Assembly (NCBI GenBank): GCA_034431435.1
Contig: DAOUDG010000084.1
Span: 78,591-142,590, forward strand
DNA from: Anaerolineae bacterium
GTDB lineage: Bacteria; Chloroflexota; Anaerolineae; Epilineales; JAHCIE01
Direction: 5' to 3'
Length of the DNA: 64,000 nt
A program made the translations under genes and the position numbers. This document shows positions 12,177-20,591 of this stretch, piece by piece. A model generated the notes under the pieces. The model worked only from the letters and a program-made list of their open reading frames with translations. It ran no database searches and had not been told where the DNA came from. How positions within the stretch are numbered: the stretch's first letter is position 1; every line of letters starts with the position of its first letter.

Positions 12177-12941
12177 CTAGCCCTTCGCCTGGGCGGCGGC
12201 CTGGATGATGGCCGTGAAGTCCGCGCTCTTGAGGGCGGCGCCGCCGATCAGCCCGCCGTCGATGTCAGGCTCGCTCAGCAACTCCAGCGCGTTCGCCGCG
12301 TTCATCGAGCCACCGTACTGGATGCGGATGGCGTCGGCGACAGCGTGGTCGTACCGCTGGGCCAGGACGGCGCGAATCTCGCGGTGAACCGCGTTCGCGC
12401 CCTCCGGCGTCGCGGCGCGGCCCGTGCCGATGGCCCACACTGGCTCGTAGGCGACCACTGTGCCCTGCGCCTGCTCCGCGCTCAGCCCCTCGTAGGCGGC
12501 CCGCACCTGGCGCGCCACGACCGCACTGGTGTGGCCTGCCTCGTTCTCCTCCAGCGTCTCCCCGACGGCGATGATGGGGATGAGGTTGTGAGCCAGGGCC
12601 GCATGGACCTTCTTGTTCACTGTCTCATCGGTCTCGCCGAACATCTTGCGCCGCTCCGAGTGGCCGAGGATGACGTAGTCCACCAGACCTTGCAGCATGA
12701 CCGGCGTCACCTCGCCTGTATAGGCCCCCGACTTCTCCCAGTACATGTTCTGCGCGCCGACCTTGAGGAATGTCCCCTTCAGGCGCTCGGCGACAGGGTA
12801 GAGGGCCGTGAAGGGCGGACAGACGACCATGTCGACGCCCTGGACGCCCTCCAGGCTGATCAGCAACTCGTTGACCAGGGTCAACGCCTCCGCTGCGGTC
12901 TTATTGGCTTTCCAGTTTCCGGCAATGATAGGTTTGCGCAT
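12177..12941 (-). CDS. tpiA: Triosephosphate isomerase
   Basis: MRKPIIAGNWKANKT...IAYEPVWAIGTGRAATPEG...QYGGSMN: canonical TIM motifs. Confidence 0.95.
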   Translation of the reverse strand: MRKPIIAGNWKANKTAAEALTLVNELLISLEGVQGVDMVVCPPFTALYPVAERLKGTFLKVGAQNMYWEKSGAYTGEVTPVMLQGLVDYVILGHSERRKMFGETDETVNKKVHAALAHNLIPIIAVGETLEENEAGHTSAVVARQVRAAYEGLSAEQAQGTVVAYEPVWAIGTGRAATPEGANAVHREIRAVLAQRYDHAVADAIRIQYGGSMNAANALELLSEPDIDGGLIGGAALKSADFTAIIQAAAQAKG

Positions 12942-12950
12942 AGGGCCTCC

Positions 12951-15434
12951 TTAAGGCTCACGGGTTTCGATGTCGGCGAGGTCGCGTTTGATGACGACCA
13001 GCGCATAATCATCAAATTGAGGGGCATCCTCAGTGAAGGTTGTGACAGCGGCGATGATGGCCTCGATGATGTCGGCGGCGTTCTGGTTGTGATACGTATG
13101 GACCGTCTCAGCGAGACGCGCGTCGCCGAAGTCGGCCTCCTGTGGGTCGATGGCCTCAGTCACGCCGTCGGTATAGAGCACGAGCACATCGCCCAGGTTG
13201 AGAATCGTCTGGCACTCCTGCAACTGGATAGTATCCACCGCGCCGAGGACGATGCCTCGGCTCTCCAGGTATTCGGTAGTACCGGTGGCGGCGCGATAGA
13301 CCAGCGGCGGCGTGTGGCCGGCGTTGACGTAGGTGAGAGCGCCCGTCGCTGGCTCCAAGATACAGTAGCACAGGGTCACGAACATGTCGGCGCGCGTGTC
13401 GTTGAGCAGCAGCGCGTTGGCGCGGACCAGCGCCTCGGCGGGTGGGCGGCGGCCCAGCACCGAGGCGCGAATGGAACTCCGCGCCACGGCCATAAAAATG
13501 GCGGCCGGGATCCCCTTGTCCGACACATCGGCGATGACGAACCCCCAGCGCCCCTCTGTCAGGGCCAGGAAGTCATAGAAGTCGCCCGCCATTTCCAGGG
13601 CGGGCCGCCAGAAGGCCGCCGCCTCCCAGCCTTCGATCTGGGGCGGACTTTCGGGCATCAGCGACGACTGAATCTCGGCCGCCAGCGCCAGTTCCTGCTC
13701 AAGCCGCTGCCGCGCCAGCGTCTCCTCGTAGAGGCGCGCCTCCTCGATGGCGATGGCGATCTGGTCGGCCAGCGTCTGCAACACGAACAGGTCGTCGCGG
13801 TCAAAGGCGTTGAGGCGGCTGCTCTGCACGTCCAGCACACCCACCACCCGCGACTCTACCTTCAGGGGCACGGCCAGTTCAGACCTGGTGCCGCGCAGCA
13901 CGGCCTCTGGGTCGCGCACGTAGCGCGGCTCGGCGGCCACGTCGTTCGCCATCAGCGGCTCGGCCTGGTTGGCGACCCAACCAATGATACCCCGATCGGT
14001 AGGCACGATGTATCCCCGCGCGCGCCGCGCCTCATTCAGGTAGCCCGTGCTGGCGCGGAAGACGGCCTCGCCGCGGTCGTTGACGGTCAGAATCTGCACG
14101 AAATCATAGCCGAAGCTGGCCTGCACCAGCTGCACCACCCGGCTGAACAGGTCTTCCAGGTTGATGATCGCCGCCACCTGACGACTCACCTCGCTAATGG
14201 CGCTCAACTGGATAGCGCGCTTCCACTCACGCTCGTACAGGCGCGCATTCTCGACGCCCACGGCCAACTGGCTCGCCAGAGTGGTCATCATGCGCGCCTG
14301 GTTGTAGCTGAACGCCCCCGGCGCCGGACTCTGCACCAGGATGCCGCCGATGACATCGCGCCCTGACTGGAGGGGCACAGCCAGCACCGAGCGCGTGTCA
14401 GACGCGAGGGTCAGGCCGGGCAAGGCATCGGCGGCGGCGGTGGCGCGCAGCGCCTGCGCTTCGGGCGCCTCCCGCAGCCACTCGGTGACGCCAGCCAGCG
14501 GCATCTGGTCCAGGGGCTGCCGCTCACCGTTCTGCACCCACAGCGCCGGCCGTAGCGCGTTCTTCTCGCTGTCCAGCAACACCAGCCGGAAGTCGGAGCC
14601 GCTGACGATACGCGTCGTGTACTGGTAGGCCAGATCCGCCAGGCGCTTGACGTCCATCTGCGCGCCGACGATGGCCTGCCCCAGCTCCTCGAAGGTCGTC
14701 AGTTCCGTCACTCGCTCGCCCAGGGCCTGCCGTGTGCGGCCCAGGCTCTGGATGAGCAGGCTCACGGCCAGCAGCATCAGGGCCAGAATGCTGAACTCAG
14801 CTGGTCCCAGCACCGCATACACGGCCGCCATGAGCGGCGCGAAGGGCAGGGGAATCAGCTCCACCGCGATTGCGGTGGGTCCGATGCGCCGCAGCGTGCC
14901 CCACGCCGCCCGCCAGCCGTCGACGAGGGCCACGCGCAGGAACCAACCCACTGTGCCAATCATGAACCATGTCAGGAACAGCCCCAGCATGGGTAGGGTC
15001 TGGGGGATCTGGATGTGGCTGGGTGGGATGCGCCCCCCCAACGCCAGGTATACCCAGCCCCCCGCCAGAGCCATGATGGCGCTCAGGCCAGCCTCGAACA
15101 GGGGCGCTGCCACGTGAGTCCAGGCGTTGAACGGGTAACGGCGGAAGGTATGGGCCGTGAGATAGATGGTCTCGCTGCTGGCCGCGACCAGCGCGCCAGT
15201 GATGGGGCCGAACAGGAGCAGCGCCGCGATATCGACAATCCCCACCAGGCTGTGGGTCGCGTCGGGGACAATCCGAAACCCCGCCCGCTTGACCATCGTC
15301 GACAGGAGAATGAAGACGACCACCGCCAGTGGCGGCCCGGCGATGCCGTCGCGCAGAATGAGATAGGCCAGCGCGCCAAGCCCGCCGATGGCGACCAGCG
15401 TCTGGTAGATGCGCGCACCGAGAGTAAGTCTCAT
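12951..15434 (-). CDS. Membrane-anchored GAF-GAF-PP2C (SpoIIE/RsbU-like) serine phosphatase
   Basis: 827 aa. About 8 N-terminal TM helices, two GAF domains, C-terminal PP2C/SpoIIE block (AGDFYDFLALTEGRWGFVIADVSDKGIPAAIFMAVARS...LVLYTDGVTEA). Confidence 0.85.
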   Translation of the reverse strand: MRLTLGARIYQTLVAIGGLGALAYLILRDGIAGPPLAVVVFILLSTMVKRAGFRIVPDATHSLVGIVDIAALLLFGPITGALVAASSETIYLTAHTFRRYPFNAWTHVAAPLFEAGLSAIMALAGGWVYLALGGRIPPSHIQIPQTLPMLGLFLTWFMIGTVGWFLRVALVDGWRAAWGTLRRIGPTAIAVELIPLPFAPLMAAVYAVLGPAEFSILALMLLAVSLLIQSLGRTRQALGERVTELTTFEELGQAIVGAQMDVKRLADLAYQYTTRIVSGSDFRLVLLDSEKNALRPALWVQNGERQPLDQMPLAGVTEWLREAPEAQALRATAAADALPGLTLASDTRSVLAVPLQSGRDVIGGILVQSPAPGAFSYNQARMMTTLASQLAVGVENARLYEREWKRAIQLSAISEVSRQVAAIINLEDLFSRVVQLVQASFGYDFVQILTVNDRGEAVFRASTGYLNEARRARGYIVPTDRGIIGWVANQAEPLMANDVAAEPRYVRDPEAVLRGTRSELAVPLKVESRVVGVLDVQSSRLNAFDRDDLFVLQTLADQIAIAIEEARLYEETLARQRLEQELALAAEIQSSLMPESPPQIEGWEAAAFWRPALEMAGDFYDFLALTEGRWGFVIADVSDKGIPAAIFMAVARSSIRASVLGRRPPAEALVRANALLLNDTRADMFVTLCYCILEPATGALTYVNAGHTPPLVYRAATGTTEYLESRGIVLGAVDTIQLQECQTILNLGDVLVLYTDGVTEAIDPQEADFGDARLAETVHTYHNQNAADIIEAIIAAVTTFTEDAPQFDDYALVVIKRDLADIETREP

Positions 15435-15449
15435 GCCACCTTCGAAGGC

Positions 15450-16211
15450 TTAGCCAAAGGCCGCAACGGCCTGCTCTTCCGTGTCGTACATGGGCAGAAT
15501 CATGTCAAAGCCTGCCATGCGGAAAATCTTGCGCACCGCCGGGTTGAGGTTGCACAGCTTCACATCGCCCTGGTTGCGCCTCGCTCGCCGTACCGCCAGC
15601 AGTAGCGTGCGCAGGCCGGTGGAACTGACATAGGTCACCTGCTGGAAGTCAACGACCAGACGATGAAGGTTCTCGTTCGCCAGGTTCTGCAGTTCAGCCT
15701 CCAGATACTGGGAGCCGTTGGCGTCGAGCCGCCCGCGCGGTACGACGATCGTGACCCCGTGGCCGTGGCGCGACGGGTGGCTGGACACGGCCCGCCGCCG
15801 CCGCACCATGATGAGTTCGTTCCATCCCTCCTCATCGAAGCGAAAGTCTACCTGGTCCATCAACCGGCGCATGAAGTATAGCCCCAGGCCGCCTATCTCG
15901 CGCTTCTCCAGCGGGGCAGAGATGTCGGGTTCCGTCACCAGGTTGGGGTCGAAGGGGCGGCCGTGGTCGCGCAGCGTGACGATGAAGTCCTCCCCGCGCC
16001 GCTCGGCAATGACCTCGATCGGGCCTTCCTGCGCCTGGTAGGCGTGCTCGATGATGTTGGTCACGGCCTCATCGACGGCCATCTGGATGTAGTAGGCCTC
16101 GTGCTCCGTCATGCCGAAATTGGCCGTCACGTGGCCGATGAACTCGGCAATGCGCGCCAGGTTTTCGGGTCGGCTGGTGACGTTGAGGACGTAGCGGTCG
16201 TTCATAGTCAT
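15450..16211 (-). CDS. Fusion protein: RsbW-like anti-sigma-factor serine kinase (HATPase_c) + STAS anti-sigma-factor antagonist domain
   Basis: N-terminus (MTMNDRYVLNVTSRPENLARIAEFIGH...DEAVTNIIEHAY...REIGGLGLYFMRRLMD) is RsbW/SpoIIAB-like. C-terminus (VTIVVPRGRLDANGSQYLEAEL...VDFQQVTYVSSTGLRTLLLA...FDMILPMYDTEEQAVAAF) is STAS with the conserved phosphorylatable Ser. Start ATG at 16211 has a GGGAG RBS; the ORF-track start at 16289 is upstream of it. Confidence 0.8.
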   Translation of the reverse strand: MTMNDRYVLNVTSRPENLARIAEFIGHVTANFGMTEHEAYYIQMAVDEAVTNIIEHAYQAQEGPIEVIAERRGEDFIVTLRDHGRPFDPNLVTEPDISAPLEKREIGGLGLYFMRRLMDQVDFRFDEEGWNELIMVRRRRAVSSHPSRHGHGVTIVVPRGRLDANGSQYLEAELQNLANENLHRLVVDFQQVTYVSSTGLRTLLLAVRRARRNQGDVKLCNLNPAVRKIFRMAGFDMILPMYDTEEQAVAAFG

Positions 16212-16292
16212 GGTAGGCTCCCAGAACCACAGAGATGGGGGGCTGGCGACTATCGGCCACGCATTGGCCGCCAGTCGCCAAACACCCATCCG

Positions 16293-18854
16293 TCAGCCGC
16301 TTGCGGCCAGTTTTCTCAGAATGACCAGCGTGATGTCATCAAAGGCCGGCTGACCCGCCGCGAAATCGGCGACAGCGCCGACCACTCTCCCTGCCACGTC
16401 GCAGGCCAGCGCCTGGTGCGCGGCGCGGGCCACGGCGAGCAGACGCTCCTCGCCAAAGGCGCCACCCCGACTGTCGATGGCCTCGGTCACGCCGTCGGTG
16501 TACAGCAGCAGCAGGTCGCCCGCCGCCAGGGATGCCGTAGCCTGCTGCCATTCCATGTCGGGCAGAATGCCCAACGCCGGCCCGTGCGCCTCCTGGCCCA
16601 CCCATTCCATGCGCCCATCGGCGCGCAGCAGGAGGGGCGGGTTATGGCCCGCGTTGACGTAGCACACCGTCCCGTCCGGGGCGAGCGTCATGTAGAAGGC
16701 GGTCACGAACATGCTCGACTCAGCATCGGCGGCGATGAGCCGGTTCGATTGGCCGATGGCCCTGGCCGGCGTCGCGTCAGCCAGGATGCTCGCCCGCAGC
16801 AGACTACGGGACACGGCCATGAAGATGGCGGCCGGCGCGCCCTTGTCCGACACGTCGGCGATGACGACCCCCAACCGTCCATCATCCAGCGGCACGAAGT
16901 CGTAAAAGTCGCCCGTCACCACCCGCGCCGGTTCCCAGTGGGCGCACACATCCCAGCCCTCGACGCCGGGCGCAGCGTCGGGTAGGAAGCTGCGTTGGAT
17001 GTGCCGCGCCAGCTCCAGTTCGCGCGCCAGCCGCTGCGCCTCGATCTCCGCCCGCCGTAGTCGCTCGTTCTCGATGGCGATGGCCGTCTGGTTCGCCATG
17101 CCCGCCGCGATCTCCAGCAGACGCGGCGTAAAGCGCGGGTCCTCCAGAGAGGGATCGAGCACCATAGCTCCCACCAGCAGGCCGTGGGCGACCAGGGGGA
17201 CCAACAGGGCCTGCTCCACCTGGAGGGCATCTAGCAAGGCCACGTCGTCGCCCTGGCTGCGCTGGACGAGGATCGGGCTGCGCTCGGCCAGCAGCCGCTC
17301 GAACGCGCGGGTCTGCTCGCTGGTCAGGGCGCGGAAGCGGGCCTCACGGGTGGCGGAGCCGTCCAGCGCCGTGACCAACTGGCGCGGGGCGAAACGCGCG
17401 GCCTCAGAGTCCCACAGGAAGAAGGCGCATTGGCTGGCCCCCAGAAACATGGGTGCGATGCGTCCGACCCGCTCCAGGATATCCTCGATGGTTTCGGCGT
17501 CCCGCAAGTTCTCGGCCACCTGGAGCAGCGCGTTGCGATGCCACGCCTCTTCGGCCTTCTCCTCGTACTCGCGGGCGTTGCGCACGGCCAGCGCCGCCTG
17601 CGCCGCGATAAGGCCCAACAGGCGCGCATCGTCGTCGTCGAAGTGGCTCGGAACCCTGCTATTCACGGACAGGACACCGATGCACTCGCCGTCGAGTTCC
17701 ACCGGCACGGCAACCGCCGACCGCCAGCCGTGCAGCCGACTCAGGTCGGCCTCCACCGGCTCGACCGCCTGTAGCTCGGCCTCGACCACCGGCGCCCGCG
17801 ACGCGAACACCCTCTCCAGCAGGCCGCCCGGCGCCCGCCGCACTTCGCCGTCGCGCCGGATGTCCTCTCGCCACCCCCACGTCGCCAGCATCGAAAGGTC
17901 GTTGGCCTCGCCGTACAGGAGGATGGCGGCGGCGTCGCCGCGCAGCACACTGGCAGCCTCCTCGACGACCATCTCCGTCACCTGCTGCGGGTCGAGGCTG
18001 GACAGCAGGGCCTGCGACAGCCGCAGCAGCATCGCCTGCTCGCGCAGGTGGCGGCCGCGCGCCACATCCAGCAGCCGGGCGCGCTCAATCGCCATGCCCA
18101 GCTGATCGCCGACAGCTCCCAATACGTTCAGGTCGGCGGCGCTGAAGATCTCGCGCGCGGGGGCGGTGACGTTCAGAATGCCGAGCATACGCTTCCGGGC
18201 GCGGATAGGGATGCTGGCGTGGTAGCGGAGGCCGCGCGTGTCGCCCGGCGCATCGGCCAGGCGACTGCACTGGATGATGTTGACAGCCCGCTTCAGCTGC
18301 CCCGTGCGCAACTGGTACTGGCATTCACACTCGGGCAGGCGTCGCAACTCGCGGGCGTCGTCCTCGGCCAGGGCGGGCGGCAGGCCGATAGCGTCGATGG
18401 GCACAAACGTGCCCGTCTCGTCGAGTAGGAACACCCAGCCGGTACTCAGCTCCAGGAGGTCCGTCACCTCGGCCAGGGCGGCCGCCACGGCCTCTTCGAC
18501 CGAGACGGCCTCGTTCAGCCGTTCCGCCACCGAGCGCAGGGTGTGCAGTTCGCGCAACGCGCGCTCCAGGCCCGCGCGCTCATCCAGCCCGCTCATCGCT
18601 TCAGTCTGTTCCTGCCACGCGACAAAGTCGCGCACCGGCGCCAGGCGCTGGCGCAGCGTCTCGCGATCTGGCCGGGTCGTTGCCGCCAGATGGGCGCGAT
18701 ACTTCACCAGGGCCGTGCGGGAGGCGGCCGCCGTAGCATCCGTGGCGCGCAGCCAGTCGAGAAAGGCTGCGACCTCTTTCAGCGCGGCCGACGCCGCCTC
18801 CGGCGCGATGTGCCTCTCTTGTAGGATGCGCGCGTAGTCTGACAAATGCTCCAT
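16293..18854 (-). CDS. Cytoplasmic multi-GAF PP2C (SpoIIE/RsbU-like) serine phosphatase
   Basis: 853 aa. About 90-aa helical N-terminus, then about three GAF domains, then PP2C (TGDFYDFVPLDDGRLGVVIADVSDKGAPAAIFMAVSRS...LLLYTDGVTEAID). Its stop overlaps the next gene's start (16289/16293). Confidence 0.85.
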   Translation of the reverse strand: MEHLSDYARILQERHIAPEAASAALKEVAAFLDWLRATDATAAASRTALVKYRAHLAATTRPDRETLRQRLAPVRDFVAWQEQTEAMSGLDERAGLERALRELHTLRSVAERLNEAVSVEEAVAAALAEVTDLLELSTGWVFLLDETGTFVPIDAIGLPPALAEDDARELRRLPECECQYQLRTGQLKRAVNIIQCSRLADAPGDTRGLRYHASIPIRARKRMLGILNVTAPAREIFSAADLNVLGAVGDQLGMAIERARLLDVARGRHLREQAMLLRLSQALLSSLDPQQVTEMVVEEAASVLRGDAAAILLYGEANDLSMLATWGWREDIRRDGEVRRAPGGLLERVFASRAPVVEAELQAVEPVEADLSRLHGWRSAVAVPVELDGECIGVLSVNSRVPSHFDDDDARLLGLIAAQAALAVRNAREYEEKAEEAWHRNALLQVAENLRDAETIEDILERVGRIAPMFLGASQCAFFLWDSEAARFAPRQLVTALDGSATREARFRALTSEQTRAFERLLAERSPILVQRSQGDDVALLDALQVEQALLVPLVAHGLLVGAMVLDPSLEDPRFTPRLLEIAAGMANQTAIAIENERLRRAEIEAQRLARELELARHIQRSFLPDAAPGVEGWDVCAHWEPARVVTGDFYDFVPLDDGRLGVVIADVSDKGAPAAIFMAVSRSLLRASILADATPARAIGQSNRLIAADAESSMFVTAFYMTLAPDGTVCYVNAGHNPPLLLRADGRMEWVGQEAHGPALGILPDMEWQQATASLAAGDLLLLYTDGVTEAIDSRGGAFGEERLLAVARAAHQALACDVAGRVVGAVADFAAGQPAFDDITLVILRKLAASG

Positions 18855-18898
18855 GACCAGGCCACTCTTCTACGGCGGCCAGCCAGCCGCCGAATGGG

Positions 18899-19234
18899 CT
18901 AGAAACTGCCCACGGCCTCCACGGAGTCGTCATAGATGTTGAAGATGCGGGTGAAGCCCACGAGTTCGATGGTGTCCTTGACGTAGGGCTGGAGTCCCGA
19001 CAGTCGCAGGTCGCCGCGATTCCAGCGCTTGACCGACTTGCGGACGGCCAACAGGACGCGCAAGCCGGCGGAGCTGATGTACGTGACGGCAGACATGTCG
19101 AGGACAAGCTTGAAGTGGCCGCCGTTGATGAGATCGTCCAGGGTCTTCTGCAGCTGCGGCGCGGTCTGGTGGTCGATGCGGCCCACCGGAGCCACCAACG
19201 TGACGCGCTTGAGGTCTTTGGTGCTGATTTCCAT
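18899..19234 (-). CDS. STAS-domain anti-sigma-factor antagonist (RsbV/SpoIIAA-like)
   Basis: 111 aa: VLDMSAVTYISSAGLRVLLA...FNIYDDSVEAV, a classic SpoIIAA fold signature with a conserved Ser. Confidence 0.85.
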   Translation of the reverse strand: MEISTKDLKRVTLVAPVGRIDHQTAPQLQKTLDDLINGGHFKLVLDMSAVTYISSAGLRVLLAVRKSVKRWNRGDLRLSGLQPYVKDTIELVGFTRIFNIYDDSVEAVGSF

Positions 19235-19339
19235 CCAGGCCTCCTAAGGGGGAAATTAGGCATGTCGGGGTCGCCCCCATTATATCACGGCCTGGAAGCC
19301 AGGCGCAAACAGTTTGGCGGAAAGTACGTTGGAACAAGC

Positions 19340-20506
19340 TCAGTCGGCGCGCTCATGTACCATCAGCGCCAGAATCAGCGCCGATATCAGCGTCAGTCCG
19401 GCGGCCAGCGCCACGTTGCCCCACAGCCCCACCGTTGCGTACAGTGGCGGCCCCACCAGCGCGCCAATCACGCGCCCTGTCTGATTACCGGTGCTGTTGA
19501 TGGACACGGACGTGGCCCGCGCTGTCGGCGCCGACTCGCTGACCAGCGGGATCGTGGACACCAGGGTGAACTCGAAGCCGAGCAGGATGAGGGCCAAGGT
19601 GAACACCGCCCCAACCAGACCGTAGCCCGCCAGGAAGGGCAGCAGCGAGTACGCCACCGTCAGGGCCAGCAGCCCCAGCAGGATACCCCGCTTCTTGCCG
19701 ATGCGATCGAGGAAGGCGCTCGATAGCCCCTCGCCGCCCAACTCGGCCAGGCCCGTGGCGATGGATACCGAGCCGAGGGCGGCTGCTCCCAGGCCGAACT
19801 GCCCTTCCAGCCACGCCCCATAGACGATGAACACGATTTCATTCGCCAGCACCAGGCACAGCATCATCGGCCACATCCAACGCACATTGGGCACGCGCAA
19901 CGCCCGCCCCAGGCTACTGAGGATGTGACCGCCGTCGTGGTGGGGCGCGTGGTCGCCGACGGGGAAGGCCCACACAGCCACGACCAGACTCAGCGCGCCC
20001 AGCGCGGCCAGTCCCCAGTAGGGGGCCTGCCAGCCGTAGCGGGCGATGGTCCAGCCCACCAGGGGGATGCCTACCAGGGCGGCCAGCGCCCAGGGTATCT
20101 CCAGGATGCCCGTCGCCCGCGCGCGCATCGCATAGGGCACGCGGTCGCTTATATAGGCAATCGACGTCGGATCGAGGATGACCTTCGCCAGACCCATGCC
20201 GACGAAGCCGACGGCGAACACGGCGAACTGGCTGAAGCCCGCCGCCAGCAGCGCCGTCACGACGAACAGGCCGAGGGCGACCAGGATCAGGCTGCGGCGG
20301 CGGTGGCGGTCGGCCAGCGGCCCGACGCCCAGGCTGGCGTAGCCCGTCGCCGCCCGTAGCGCCATCAACGAGGCCGCCGTCTCCAGGGGCACGCCCAGGC
20401 CGCGCGCGATGAAGGGCAGGAAGGGGTACGCCATGCGCGTCGCCGTGTTGAGCGTCGTCCGCGCCAACACCATCGCCGCCATCGGTTTGCGGAGGGAGGC
20501 GGTCAC
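19340..20506 (-). CDS. MFS transporter
   Basis: 388 aa, 12 predicted TM helices, MFS-type loop motifs (GPLADRHRRRS). Confidence 0.8.
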   Translation of the reverse strand: MTASLRKPMAAMVLARTTLNTATRMAYPFLPFIARGLGVPLETAASLMALRAATGYASLGVGPLADRHRRRSLILVALGLFVVTALLAAGFSQFAVFAVGFVGMGLAKVILDPTSIAYISDRVPYAMRARATGILEIPWALAALVGIPLVGWTIARYGWQAPYWGLAALGALSLVVAVWAFPVGDHAPHHDGGHILSSLGRALRVPNVRWMWPMMLCLVLANEIVFIVYGAWLEGQFGLGAAALGSVSIATGLAELGGEGLSSAFLDRIGKKRGILLGLLALTVAYSLLPFLAGYGLVGAVFTLALILLGFEFTLVSTIPLVSESAPTARATSVSINSTGNQTGRVIGALVGPPLYATVGLWGNVALAAGLTLISALILALMVHERAD

Positions 20507-20591
20507 GAGGGAGGATACCTGTGAGCAATTTGAATGATACAGGCCCGGCGGACATTGCGCCTGCCGGGCCTTGTCGTTGATGGCGGCGCGG

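Noticed and set aside
12084-14366. 760-aa plus-strand ORF antisense to tpiA and the membrane GAF-PP2C gene
   Set aside because: Antisense to two genes with strong homology signatures. Translation is G/R/A/D-rich low complexity without domain features.
16999-18105. 368-aa plus-strand ORF inside the multi-GAF PP2C gene
   Set aside because: S/R/A-rich artefactual frame opposite a confidently assigned gene.
16293-18854. Phage-integrase-like SAM/core-binding resemblance in the N-terminal about 90 aa of the multi-GAF phosphatase (FLDWLRATD...YRAHL)
   Set aside because: There is no integrase catalytic domain and no att-like repeats or other mobile-element genes. The resemblance is weak and probably a generic helical sensor or interaction domain.
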